A stretch of DNA of 64,000 bases from Balanoglossus misakiensis (taxonomy: Eukaryota; Animalia; Hemichordata), in assembly GCA_040954595.2 (NCBI GenBank), contig CM082598.2:6215097-6279096 (forward strand), written 5' to 3'. The notes beneath the pieces are model-generated. The model saw only the letters and a list, made by a program, of their open reading frames with translations. It was not told the DNA's origin and did no database searches. Positions 9,661-22,302 of the stretch are shown in pieces (the stretch's first letter is position 1; every line of letters starts with the position of its first letter). A program made the position numbers and the translations under genes.

Positions 9661-12071
9661 ACGATATCTTGTCAAACGAGAAAAAAATCTACTTAGCAAG
9701 TTCATAATGAAGTATGGTTTTGTCTTTTTAATTAAGATTCCTTGATTTGCAAAATATCTACTCAGAAATTTCATAAGCACAATAGCTTATTATATCCCGG
9801 AACTATATTCAGTTTTTTGGAGTTGATTGGTCAGGTTATTAATTTTGCAGATTTTCATGAGAGATTTCTTTGAATTAATTACTTGCCACAAATATTAGTA
9901 TTCATTTCTAATTTTTATGTTAACCAGAAAATTGCTAATGTGGAAGGCTTGTATTGCTTTCCAAGGCATTTTGTTATCCAGTACACATACAATATTTTTT
10001 TTTACTTTAATCAAATAATGTATGATTGATGCTCTTAGGATGAAGACTTTATTAAAACTTGCCATGCTGAAATATTCATTTTATGTCTCTTGTAAACATT
10101 CCTTCGCCTAGTAGTCCATTGGACAGACTCATGGAAAATTTCAAAAAATATTTTTTGGCATCAAAAAATCATAACTCATATTTGAGATTTTAAGGAATAC
10201 TTGTATTTCCCGACAAACTGCCCAGAGAGGCAAATGTAAAAATATTGAATTTCTTTGACAGAAATCATAACATTATGATAGAAATATATCCGGAGTGACA
10301 ATCAAATTATGATTTCAGGGATGAGTATACCTTAAGAAGTTTCTTCCGCAATGCATTGAGAAAAAAAAGGTAGGACTGGTAATAGAAAAAAATGCTGTAA
10401 ACAAACAGTGGGTGAAAATAACTGGGTCACATATCCAGACCCTTAACCCCCCTGAAATTAAATGGTCCTTCCCTTACCTGACCCTTTTCATGTAACACAA
10501 TGCACAATGCTTCGCTCGGTGATTATTTCCCGCCAAATATGCTAATTTTCACCAGGGAGGTCTTATATCCACAACTAAATACCCTCGGTAGCCGTTTATA
10601 ACCTCTAATTAGATTGTATTTTCGATTTTTGAGTACACCACTACCTTAAATAATCTTCGTTTCATATGCATAGTTTTGGCCGCCAAATATACAAAAAGAA
10701 GACTTTAGAGACGATTTCTTATATATGCCTAAACAAAATTGTCCTTGAAACAGTGTTATTGATATAAGTATGTTTGTCAGTTATGCCCGTTGTTCTTAGT
10801 GCAATTGTGCTAATTAGTTCTGAAATTTTTGTGAAATTCAAATGAGCATTTTCGGAGATAGCCATTGAAAGTTGATACGCGTTATATAGTGCGTTACTTA
10901 ATTCACCTGTTGTATGATGTTTCAAACGAGTAATACTCATAGTCAAACTCCCCTGAAACCAACCAGTCTTTACCGGGTATATTTTCTTTAGGCCTATGTT
11001 TAGGAAAGGATTTAAACGCTTAGCCATAAACGCGCCTTCCGTTAATACATTTGAAGAATAAGAGATCATCTCTAAAGCCTTTGTTTCGTAGATTTAGGCG
11101 GAATTTGGGGTCAAAACTATCGAAGGAAGACCCTGCCTTAACACCCCTTTAAACCAAATAATTTAAACCGGGTTAGTTGTATTTCCTTCATATTTAAAAG
11201 AGAATTAAAATGCCGTGGATAAACATAAGTTTCCGGGATCGGGAACTTTCAAAAGTTCCGCAGAATATACCCCATGAGGGCGCTGTTGTTGACCTTCGAC
11301 CCATCGCCTTTGACCCCGTGCGGCGTCTTCGTTTGTGTGACATGCAGGCTAGCGAATCTGCCAGTTTGTTTTAATGGCACATTTTTCTGTCGTCAACTCC
11401 AATGTCGCCTTTTCTATGGACGTTACTTGGCCAGTGTTCGTTACACATCCAGGACGGTGTCACATTTATCTAAAAGAATGGCGGAAATCATGCGAAGCGA
11501 AGGAGCGAGCAACCAGCTGTTTTCTGCAAGTCATGGGTTCAGACCCCCCTACACTGTCCACCATCACTATTCCTATATACAGATTTGGCAGAGTGAGTAT
11601 TGAAACATTATATTATTTAGTGTGTTTCTAGATATCACAGATAGTTCTCACGACTTAGTGTGTGCGTAGAATCACATTCGTCGCAATAACGCTGCTGTAG
11701 TCCCCTGATTAAGTCCGTCAACAAGCTCAGCTTGAGCCATGGACGATCGACAATCAGTTTCAGCTGACGATTTCGCCCTATCGCAACTGAGTAACTGGGG
11801 CCGAGTGATGCTCCGCACATTAAAATTCATGACTACTCACACCAATTGCAAAATATCAATGTTTTAAGGCGTGCTTTCAGAGAATAGTCAACCAGAAAAT
11901 CGACAACAATTGATGACCTCATGTGACCTTTACCATTTGAATCAGGCGACCACTGCAGTGTGATTCCGACGTTTGTCGGTAGAACACAGGGAGCTCTTCC
12001 TTCTTGTTTGTAGTGTGTGTGTGTGACAAAAATATGTATGTTTTCAAATATGGTCATTTGTCTTGTTCAGG

Positions 12072-12900
12072 AATCTGGACAAAGGCTCAAGAAATCCTTG
12101 CTAAACAAGGGAAAAAAAGCTATGTACAATATTAAAAGATATCTGGGTCAGTTTAAAAACATATAGCTAGCTCTACGAATTTTCGACTGCAAAATTCTTC
12201 CAATACTTATGTACGGTAGTGAAGTATGGGGTTTTCATGACGATAAGGATGTTGAAAAAATTCAAATAGATTTCTGTAAATATATTCTCAAGGTTAGTTC
12301 AAGGTCAACCAATTTAGCTGTCTTGGGAGAACTTGGCAGACAATCTTTGAAAACGCTTCGTCTACCACGCATTATTAAATACTGGGTAAAATTAATTCGA
12401 CAATTATAGATATACTAAGCAGTGTTATGATTACCAACGTGAAATGGCAGACAAAGGTTATCACTGTTGGGCCAAAAAGGTCAAAGACCTTTTGTGTACC
12501 TTTGGATTTGGTATTGCTTGGGAGTCACAGGCTGTGGGAAACGAGTGTCTTTTTCTTTCCAATTTTAAACAAAGATGCCTGGATATTGGTCAGCAGGTAT
12601 GGCACAGTAAATTGGTCAATTCCACTAAGATGGATTCTTATCGTTTATTTAAAAATAATTTGTCTTTTGAAAAATATTTGAATTGCGTAAATATTAAGCT
12701 ATTTAGAGTCACCCTTTGTAAATTTAGAATTTCAAACCACAAACTATTAATAGAGAGTGGTCGTTTTGAAGGGTTACCAAGAGAAATAGAATTGGTCAGT
12801 TTTGTACTTTACAGCAAGTTGAAACGAAATTTCATTTTTGTCTTATTGTCCCATCTACATGGAATTAAGAACACATTTTCTCTCATCGATCTGCTATCAG
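12072..12900 (+). mobile_element. 5'-truncated, decayed non-LTR retrotransposon (RTE-X-like ORF2 C-terminus)
   Basis: ILPILMYGSEVWG, FCKYILKV, AVLGELGR, IIKYWVKL, FEKYL, KFRISNHKLLIESGR and a C-terminal Cys/His remnant; stops and frameshifts present. Confidence 0.88.
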
Positions 12901-13949
12901 CAACCTTCATAACGATAGCACAATTTTAGGGGTACTCATACAGTTAAAAAAATAAATATTTCAGGATCTCAGAAAGCTGCAGAAAAATTAAAACATTTAG
13001 TCTTACAAAGTAGGGTACAGGCTATACGATGATTACATGACCCACAAAGTCAGTGGTCAAGTTCAGACTTGGGGTCAAAGTGAAAATTTCGCTATTTTTT
13101 GCATATTGATCATTCATACTTTTGATTTATCGGAAAACGGTTTGCTCGAGGAGGCTGTAAATTGGTCATCAGGGAGCAAGGAATATTAGCTTTAAAAAAA
13201 TAGGCTGATTTTTGTCTTTGGTGGTAATTTATATGAAAATTTCGTTACCATAAAAAATGAATAGAAGATTTTGCGAAATTACCAAAAAAATAAGTAACTT
13301 GCTATATCTTTGCTACCAATTAAGCTTGAGATAAAATATAAACACTCGAACTTATAATGTCCGCTGCAAGCTATTGCTTGCTACCTTGAACTTTTGGGTT
13401 CAAGGTCATCCTCAAATTTCAGGTCAAAGTGACAAAATGGGCATTATGGATTTTTGTTCAAAATGACACTCTCGGCAAGTGATTACTAAACACTGTTTAG
13501 GTCTAGAATGATCTTATTTGATCTCCAGATAGAGATGTGTATTGTTTACAAAGATTTTAGATGCAAATTGGACAAAACACTTCTAGGTTCTAAGAAAATA
13601 TGAGAGAACCTGACATTATGTCTGATATTTTCAGCTTTCAGAGAGTAGTTACAAAAATACTGCAAATGACTAGTTCAATTTAATCATGCGAAATAGATCA
13701 CCGATATTTACTTCATCATGCAACTGTAAAACAATTATCAAACCAAAAATAATAGGTGACAAATCTAATTTTACAATAGCCTTCCCTTGTGATAGTTTTT
13801 CAAAGACCAAAAAAGGCTTTGACACATGGTACATGTATTTTGTTGTTCTAGTTGCTGTTATCTGATCAACTATGGTGCAGGAACACAGAGAATGACGATG
13901 CAACATGGGTAAGTCAATCTGTCGGAGGGAAAATAATTATCTATTATCA

Positions 13950-14080
13950 CAATCTGATTCAAATCAAATGTAGGGTACCATGACTTCTTTTACTTTATTG
14001 TTTACGGTATTCTTCTGCTGTAGCCTCATCCCGCAAGTAAAATATGTCACTGTACCCTACATCTGCTTTTAATCAGATTG
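13950..14080. repeat. Imperfect ~35-bp inverted repeat (mini-MITE/hairpin)
   Basis: CAATCTGATTCAAATCAAATGTAGGGTAC..TGAC / GTCA..GTACCCTACATCTGCTTTTAATCAGATTG. Confidence 0.65.
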
Positions 14081-14987
14081 CTGGAGTCAGTCTTATTATG
14101 AAGTCTTGTTGATTCCATGTACCATATGTTTACCCCAACTGTTTCATGTACCTAGTGTGTCTATGTTATGAAAGTACTCATTTGTTTTCACTGAGAGAGA
14201 TTTGCAGTTGTTGCACCCAGATACCAATGAGTCATTGGTGTGAACCCATTATCACTTACTGAGTACATCTAATGATGTCAATTACCACCTGCCATTTTCT
14301 CCACACTGAAGTGCAACTGATTGTGTTTGACCTCAAACGACTTCCCATCCTCTCCTACCTGAAAGTAAAGAGAAAACAGTCACCCAAATATATGTGTTGA
14401 CCCAAGCAAAACATGAATTTAAGTATTTCAAGTATGTCCACCAAAATTGTAAAGGTTATCTCCTTGTTTGTACCACTCACACTGACGGCTCAAATTAAAA
14501 ACTCATAAAAAATGTCGCTAAATTGCATATGGTATAAATTGAAATGTAGCTTCACCCCCCCCCCCCCTTAATTAAAAAAAATGTTTAAATCCTTTAATTA
14601 TACTTGATCTATTTTATGTAAAATACTATGCCATATGTTTTTTTAGGTCCCATTTCGCAAATCATTGGTATGTGTGTCACTATGGGATCGAACTGGAGGG
14701 ACACTCATGGAAGACGCAAATTGTCCTGTACACGTTCCTACATCAAGTGCCCCCTCCAGTTGGCCTTCAGCTATCCCACAACCCACCATGTTTCCAAGAT
14801 GGCAGTAAAGACAAACCTCCCCTATAGCATGTTCCGGTAGCATGCATCAGAACGTGTGCTCTATGCTGAAAGTGATTTTTTGTTAGATACCCTAAAATCT
14901 TTCATTGAATGTTTAATGTAGTCTGCCTGCAGTTGACAGGAATGTAACTAGCCAAACACAAAAGACAACTATTCTAAAAGAAAATTA

Positions 14988-15404
14988 GGCCAGAGAGAAA
15001 AATAAATCTTGTTCATCGGATTTTTTGGACCAAGGTCCAGGAGTGGCGAGCAAATATTTTTTCTTATTTTTTTTTAGCCTGAAGGTAAATGCGGTTCTCT
15101 GGCATATTTGCACAGATGCAGATAAGGCGAGATAATTGTTTCCCTTTTTACCAGAAATATCTCAGACAAAAAACACTGATACATGTACTTGTCACTGAAT
15201 TCAATACTATATTTCCCAACAATAACATAGGCAATTAACTTTACAGTTGGTGTTTGCACAACATATTCTGGCCACCAGCGGCAGTGACTAAGAATGTTGT
15301 AACACGGAAGTAGAATATTTGCCGAGATCCAAAAAAAAAAATTTCCAAATCAGCCAAAGTAGAAGCGGCGATTCCGATGAACAATTTATTTTTTCTTCCT
15401 GGCC
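14988..15404. mobile_element. PIF/Harbinger-like MITE
   Basis: TTA|GGCCAG..AAAAATAAAT..TGTTCATCGGA ... TCCGATGAACAATTTATTTTTT..CTGGCC|TTA. Confidence 0.75.
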
Positions 15405-16882
15405 TTATGAAGAAAGGTACACAGAAAAATAGTGTGACTTAAATTGTTAATCTCATATACAGGTTGCTATTTTCATCCCTGACACATTTCCTAATAGACC
15501 CCTTAACTTCTCCCGATTAGAACATGGTTATCATAGTCATTCAAGAGATAACAATTTTCTTCATTCTCCAAAATATAACAATCAGTTAGGTCAGACTTTA
15601 ATCAAATTTGTTGGTCCCACACTGGAATAGCATTCCAGAAAGAATAAAAAATATTCACCCTCGTTACAATGTACAAATGAGTATTTACTGCAGTGTCTTG
15701 TTCAAATCCCTGAATCATGATGAAATGTAGCTTATCAACACAACAAATACATGTGTCTAGTCAGTACTGTTATTCTAAATTTGACTTCAAGTCCGGACTA
15801 GAATTCATTTGTAAACAATAACAATAGCCATTACACACATACAGGTTATGTTGACAAGTGGAGAACTGGGTATAGCATGTGTTACAGTTAATGTCCCTGT
15901 AAATATCACATACACCATGTACATGTGTCTAGTTTTGTACATGCAACTCATAAGTATGTCATATTTATTGATTTACTGTCAAATATCCTCCTGTTGTTTG
16001 ATTAAATGGAAATATTGTTTGTTGTAGAAAGCACAATTCTCTTAGTACCATAGATGTCAGTGCTTATTTTAAACCTGAAAGTGACATTCCAACACTAAAT
16101 GCAAGGAAGTGTAACTAAATATTTTAATTTTGCAGTCAAGGTGCAACCCAGTCAAGTGTGAACTACATTTTAAATCCAAACACATACTGGTGTTATATTT
16201 TTTACTAATAAGCAAAGATCTGTATCTTATCCACAAAGTATAACATACACACAGTATTATCTAAATGCAGCTTATGTAATTGCTAGAAACATTGTAATAT
16301 TTTGATGATATTTAAAGAAAAGTAATTATATTTATATTAACAGTATATAAAAATTATGAAGATTTAGCCTCAAATGATGATGTGATGTCTGTACAAGCTG
16401 TTCCAATACATGGTGAGTGAATTTCAAAACCTTTTGTTCAATCAATCTACTGTCCTGTGATTCCAAAAGTAATTGAAATATCATTACACATGTACCTGTA
16501 TATAGTGTAGACTGTAAATAGAGCACAGTCTGGAAAGGGGTTATGTAATTAGTATCTTTATCATGTGAGTGACATCATTTTAAGGGCCACTGACCACCCC
16601 ACCCGTGACAATTTGATTGATTGATTGATTCATTCATTCAGTCAGTCAGTCATATTAATTAATTCATTAAGGCATATAAACGATATAGCTAGCCTAATGT
16701 TATAGGAATGGGCTAACACCCTTGTCATATAAACTGTGGCGAAGCGATCCCAAGCTCAGCTAAGGTAGATCATAATGAAAGCTGCCAATCCTCTTAGAAT
16801 GATACTACGGCCTACACGTTGATCACCTGATCACATTGCCCTGTCACACTTGGCAATGGGCTACTGTTTGTATGTATGATAA

Positions 16883-16995
16883 AGGGGTTAGTACACTAAG
16901 TTTGGTCGATTACGTGACGCATCCTCGTGATGTCCATAATACGGACATCACTCAAATATGACGCGTTATCGGCCAAACTTAGTGTAATAACCCCT
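16883..16995. repeat. Foldback hairpin
   Basis: AGGGGTTAGTACACTAAGTTTGGTCGAT / ATCGGCCAAACTTAGTGTAATAACCCCT with inner GTGATGTCC/GGACATCAC. Confidence 0.7.
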
Positions 16996-17044
16996 AAGTA
17001 CCACCCTCTTATTTTAAAGAACACTAATTATGGAAGCCCATTAA

Positions 17045-17128
17045 CCCTTCACAACCAAATTTCAGTCCAAACCCATTGATTTCCATTAAAAGGTTCGACC
17101 TGTATAGAAGGAACTTGGGGTGAAAGGG
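17045..17128. mobile_element. Tiny piggyBac-type MITE
   Basis: TTAA|CCCTT...AAGGG|TTAA; related partial copies near 20365-20439 and 27429-27476. Confidence 0.65.
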
Positions 17129-17914
17129 TTAAAGGGACAAAGTCGCTCTTTTTGACTTTTGATTCACTTGCGTTTATTAGAGGTTTATTAGAGGTTATTG
17201 TTTAATCAAATCGGTCTACAATCAGAGTAGACGTTGTTTACATACACTTTTTGTTAAATGATTGTTGTTGTATTTCAGATTGTTGTCATGAGCAGGTGAT
17301 AAATACAGTATGATTTCTGAAGGTCTGAGTACTGCATCGCAGTTATTTGGTGATATGAACAGTTTACGATATTCAAGGTAATTATGGTAAAATTCTGAGT
17401 TTAAAGATCATTCTCTAGTTATGGCCCCCCACTTATTGAGGTGGTTTATCTGTTTATGTAAAGCTCACCATGTCAACCAGGAAGTGATTCCATACAGACA
17501 GTGGAGTACAACTAACGTGTGAAGTACATTGAAAATTGCCTAGTAAGGACACCTCTGGGACCATAAAATGTCTCCTTAATAGAGAGGTGTCCTTACAGGG
17601 ACAATTTGTCTCTCTCGCTGCCCCTTTTCCATGAATTAGGTTTGTTACATGACACCGTTTATGTTATTCTACATGTGGATATATAGTGAATCAATGTTTC
17701 ACCACATACAACTTCAACCCTGCTTGTAGCCACCAGAGTGATAAAAAAACACACACCAATAATCAGTCTCTATCATTTATTCATTTTAGGCGAGTTTTTA
17801 TGCTCATATCTTTCAAGTGGGATGGAAATTGTGTATGGTTGAACGTTCATTAATTACATATACACATGTACATTAATTATAAAATGTCTCTTGTATCAAA
17901 CATAATGGAAAAAA

Positions 17915-19434
17915 TCGCGTCAGGGACACAGTGGTCCCATTGAGGGAATACACAAGAAAAAGTCAACACCGGAGTACATGGCGATATACAGACAGACAGA
18001 CAGACAGACACACACACACACACACATAGCAAGAGATCAATGGGCAAGCACTGACTGACCCATAAGCTGCCAATGGCATATGTACCGTATATTCTCGCAA
18101 TTAAGCGCCACCCATGATTAGGCGCCAGTGATACCTGACTTTGCTACTTTTTACTTAAAATTAAGTGCCAGGAATTTTTTTTTTGAGGTGTGTGGACGTA
18201 CGTGAATCATGGCAAGTACTACCGAGGTAACACCTGTTTAGGGGTCTTGTCAAAATCAACGGGGGCTTGCTGCGTGAATAATAATTGACCTGAGCAGACA
18301 ATGCATGCTTTGGGCTGATGTGCTATTTATTTACAAGATGAAATTGGGCACATGTCAACCTCCTAATTTATGTAAATTATTATTCACTGCAAAAGACACA
18401 GGTGCCGGGCATCTAGACACTCGTCTTTTTCCTGTCGATCGATCTGCAGCCGCTTACGTTACCGGCACTACCACCCAAGTTTGACCATATGGCCAGGGCT
18501 TTGAAATAATAGGACTAGTTTCAAGTTGTGAATGTTTGTGGTATTAATTTTCTCGTGAATATTCACGCAACCTGAGTATTCACGAAACCTTGCCTGACCT
18601 TACATGTGTGAGAGCATGATGACAAAGACGCACTTGGACTAAACCACTATACGTCAGTAGATTTTGTTGATGGTTCAGCCAGCATACTGTAATGCTGCTC
18701 GTAGTATTCACTTCGTTGACAACTTTTTATTTCTGGAATATTTATTAGACAATACATTGAACTGACTGTATTTGAATAGAAAATGTTAAAACTTTACGTA
18801 TGAATTTGAAACAGCCATTCATTCACTGCGGACACCCCCTTACGAGAACACTGATTGGAACGTCCCAAATCATTTGCATATGAATCAACAGGGTACAGTA
18901 TACAGGGCGACCCATGAATAAACGCCACCAGTTCTTGAAAGACTCATTTCTGCCTTTGTTTAGGCGCCACCAAAATTTCAAATGGTTAAAAAGTGGCGCT
19001 TATTTGTGAGAATATACGGTACTATACATACACTAAATAGAACAGCTGGCCTCTTTAAAACTTAGCCAGTTATGTAATCATTCAGGAATTTGCAGTGTAT
19101 ATAAACAACTCAATAAAGTAAATACACACCACTTCGCAAAGCAATCTGACCAATAGTTCTTGAGTTACTGAGTTTTGACTAAATTCACATTTTTCCAGCT
19201 AATTTGCATATTTTGGCAATGACAACTTCATTTGAACAAACTCCCATGTACAGCCCAGCCTGCATCTGCACACCAAATATCAAGGTGATACACGCAGTGG
19301 TTTTCAAGTTTTTGATGTGGACGGACATACATCCATACATCCATACAAACATACATACATACATACATACATACATGCAGACGCAACTGATCCCATAAGG
19401 TCCCATGGTATATAGGCCTATACCAATGGGACCT
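17915..19434 (-). mobile_element. Non-autonomous Helentron (HINE/DINE-1-like)
   Basis: Subterminal inverted repeats GGTCCCATTG (17933-17942) / CAATGGGACC (19424-19433); terminal hairpin 19398-19434; adjacent (CATA)n microsatellite; short stem-loop at the other end; inserted in an A/T run. Confidence 0.72.
18085..19019. mobile_element. Tc1/mariner (pogo-like) MITE
   Basis: TA|CCGTATATTCTCGCAATTAAGCGCCAC ... GTGGCGCTTATTTGTGAGAATATACGG|TA. Confidence 0.85.
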
Positions 19435-19692
19435 AAAAGGGGCAGCGAGAGAGAGAGACTTTATCCCTTTAACAGAAATGTGCACGTAATATTCTATTCA
19501 AACCATTACTCTTGTCTTGATCAATCTTTCCTTAATAGAGAGGTGTCCTGATTAGAGAGATGTCTGTATTAATTGACAGGTTTCACTGTATTATCAACAT
19601 TTTCAGTTTCATAATCCTTCTGTCCTTGTCAGAGAATTTTGACAGCAGCCAAAACTTTCTCTGCCATACTCACAATAAGAGAAAGCTTGCAC

Positions 19693-19901
19693 CTGTGTGT
19701 AAAACGGGTTATTTTCGCAAGCAATTAATTTTTGCGAAATACGGGAGAGCTAACAAAATGTGAAAATAAAAAGTTGCATAAAATGTTTTTCAGAGATAAA
19801 GATGCAATGAAATACAAGAACATGAAAATTAATCCTCGCATAGCAATTGCCTCTTTTAATATCGCGAAAATTTCCTGTCACGAAAATAATCCGTTTTACA
19901 G
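19693..19901. mobile_element. Short Tc1/mariner-type MITE; related copies ~22395-22582 and ~38688-38810
   Basis: TGTAAAACGGGTTATTTTCG ... CGAAAATAATCCGTTTTACAG|TA; shared GCGAAAATTTC motif. Confidence 0.65.
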
Positions 19902-20056
19902 TAATATTGAAGGTCAGAATGCTTTTGATGAGAGAACAATACACCAGTTGCAAAGTATCTTGACTAACATAAAAATGATTGAATTTTCTGAAGAAGACAT
20001 AATCTCGCAGTTGGTGTATTGTTTCCTCATCAAAAGCATTCTGACCTTCAATATTA
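19902..20056. repeat. Long hairpin/palindromic element
   Basis: Perfect 31-bp inverted repeat TAATATTGAAGGTCAGAATGCTTTTGATGAG / CTCATCAAAAGCATTCTGACCTTCAATATTA, extended by ACAATACACCA/TGGTGTATTGT. Confidence 0.85.
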
Positions 20057-22088
20057 TTCTGTTGAGCTTTACATGCAATCTATTTCTATATATGTTCAGA
20101 GGTGATGTTATCATCGATAACAGATCCTAAATACTAAAAGAGCATAAAATGACTGCGACAGATACCTTGTTAGTTGTAACAGGTGTGAAATAAGAATTTG
20201 GATAACACTGACAGTATTTTGGCTATTGTTGGGGAGCATGAATAAGTGATTTTGGAACCCCATGTAACACCTGTCCTACCATTAATATGACTGCATTGAT
20301 GGTACCATGAGGAATGCTAGTAAAATGACTGGGGAACCCTGGTTACATTACCCTGATCATCACTATGGTTCAGTCCAACAGCATTGTTTTCTATTGTAAG
20401 GTTGGACCTCTGAAGAGGGAATTGGGGTGGAAGGGTTAAAAAAACACTGACTAACAATACTGCCAATAACAAAATATTGTTTTATCTTCTCTTTGTATGC
20501 AGCACACCAATACAGAAACATTGTATATTGATCTGAACTCTCCTCCATATCCTTTGCCAAGTCAAGATAGTATTAATTACAGTGGATTTACTGCAGAACA
20601 ATTGGCTGCCATGTTTGGTGAGGTAAGTAAGCGATGTAAAACATTTCATACAACACTGCCTACTAACAATAGTCATATCAACCTGACAAGGGAAGATGAA
20701 AAAAAAAACACTAAGCCCCATTGAACAGCTGTATTTTCTTGGAATCTGGTTTTATAATAAACTTTGATTGATTGAAATGTGTTTTACATCTAAATGCATC
20801 GTTTTGGGAACATTTTCTAGTATGTATGAAATTATTAAATTGAACTTGTATATTTGCTGGGGGAAACTAAATATTCAGTAAAGATGAGGAATGCTCAATG
20901 TTTGGATTGTCTCCAAAAAGATGACAACAACTCAAGTCTCAAAAACTCTTTGTTTTGAATTTTGAATTGTTTTTGTTGCATCAGTAACAACTTCACATGT
21001 GGATGCCACATTTTGATTCTTAGCAAATGTTGTATTTTGACAGAGAGGAGTCCATTCCTCAATCATATCACCCCGCAAACGGCCTGAACTCCAAAAACTT
21101 AGCGACAAAGCGTGAAGTGCAGATGGTACCTATGAAGGATTATGCGGCTGATCCACACCACATGATACTTCTCAAAGGTTATCAACTTGCTGGTAGGTAT
21201 CTGTTGCTAAGCAAATATTTGCAATCATACCATCCAGATTTTAAAGTTCACAGGTCAAATATATAACTTGTTTACATGGCCATTTACAACCAATTCATCA
21301 TTTTGTGGTTTGTTAAAATGTTACTCGAAATCGGTACTTCCATAAAATGGTTGTAATATATTTAATAATATTTATTACACATCACATATTATTATTCGCT
21401 CTTGGTTGGCTAATACTAAATATGACAGAACTTCATGACCTCTGCACACGATCTGAGGCTTACAGAAGTTAATTTCGCGAGTGATGCAGTGTATTCTGTT
21501 GCAGTACTTGCACAAGTCAAGGATAAAATTCCCCATCGTTTCAATGCCTGGCCAATGAATTACACATCCTCCTGAAAAGTGTTGGAAGGTGGGCAATCAG
21601 TTTCCATGGTTGCATCCTGGATGAAACACTGGTACAGGTTCAAGACAAGTTTAGTGACATTGTGTAAATCCACAGAAGAATTTCACATCAACTGTATAAT
21701 CTTCTATTTTTCTCATGATTGTGTTTCAGAAAAATCTGTGTCAAGTGGTGATACATAAGAGGTTGCCATCGTGAAACCTAAAACCATAGCAACCACTTCA
21801 GTGTCTACAACCACTACCACAACACAGCCACTGAAACCCGCATCAACAGTTACCATGGTTACAGCATCTACCTCCAGTATGACCTCAAATCTTCTCAAAT
21901 CGACTGTTGGAAGTTCATCTCCAGGTAAAGTCTCCAGTGTTGCTTCCCAGCCATTGTCAATTTAAGTCCGCACATAATTAGACCGCCAAGTGAAGTGTGA
22001 GATATAGTAGAATATTGCCATGTTGATCTTCACTACAATATTAGTTAAAGTTATATAGCACTCTGTGATCAACGAGTTGAAAATACAG

Positions 22089-22127
22089 CATGAGCTTTCG
22101 GGGACATGTAGTCCCCTTCATCAGATG
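22089..22127 (-). ncRNA. Minimal type I hammerhead ribozyme (Penelope-like element type)
   Basis: Minus strand reads CAU-CUGAUGA-A-GGGGAC-uacau-GUCCCC-GAAA-GCUC-AUG: intact core boxes, perfect 6-bp stem II, palindromic AGCU stem III, 3-bp stem I. Confidence 0.7.
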
Positions 22128-22259
22128 TACACGTGGAATGAACAGAGAAACAGAGAATCATGGGGTATTCAAAGTAGGAAATATGTGCAGGACCAGGTGC
22201 ATCAGAAATATTTTCCTGCAGTGGATTTTCTATCTGAGGATGGTGACTTCATGACCGCG

Positions 22260-22302
22260 ATATTGTGCCCTTGAGCGAGGCACTTTACTTCTCATTGCTC
22301 TT
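22260..22302 (+). mobile_element. SINE conserved-domain fragment
   Basis: TTGTGCCCTTGAGCGAGGCACTTTAC resembles the widespread GTGTCCTTGAGCAAGGCACTT SINE central motif. Confidence 0.45.

Larger units (their letters stand above)
11342..16412 (+). pseudogene. ELAC2: ELAC2/RNase Z(L)-like N-terminal exon remnants (~11342-11592, ~14647-14836, 16344-16412)
   Basis: FLQVMGS / frameshift in a C-run / PPSLFLYTDLA with GTGAGT donor resembles RNase Z(L) LQV.GS...P.LYLFTD. GMCVTM...IKCPLQL resembles GMILTL...LSGPPQL. A 69-nt phase 1-1 exon YEDLASNDDVMSVQAVPIH resembles YEDETMTVYQIPIH. Catalytic exons not seen. Homology is from recall. Confidence 0.62.
17597..19468. mobile_element. Kolobok-like MITE copy 3, interrupted in its right TIR
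   Basis: 17597-17914 matches copies 1 and 2 up to ATGGAAAAA; the rest of the TIR (GGGGCAGCGAGAGAG...CCCT|TTAA) resumes at ~19435-19472. Confidence 0.8.
17527..19588. mobile_element. Tc1/mariner-type MITE split by nested insertions
   Basis: Left half TA|CATTGAAAATTG..AAGGACACCTCT..CCTTAATAGAGAGGTGTCC; right half CCTTAATAGAGAGGTGTCC...CAGGTTTCACTG|TA. Confidence 0.55.

Noticed and set aside
14257-14358. Minus-strand segment with a strong acceptor and GTAAGT donor (LQCGENGRW-like string)
   Set aside because: Stops in the frames examined, no partner exons found and no family assignment possible
16725-16760. NCGE string resembling the ELAC2 YLFNCGEG motif
   Set aside because: Only four residues, no splice sites, and out of order relative to the other ELAC2-like exons
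21027-21266. ORF MLYFDREESIPQ... as the reading of the exon
   Set aside because: The MED25-like frame starts at 21044 (RGVHSSIISPRK) and only joins this ORF after a frameshift
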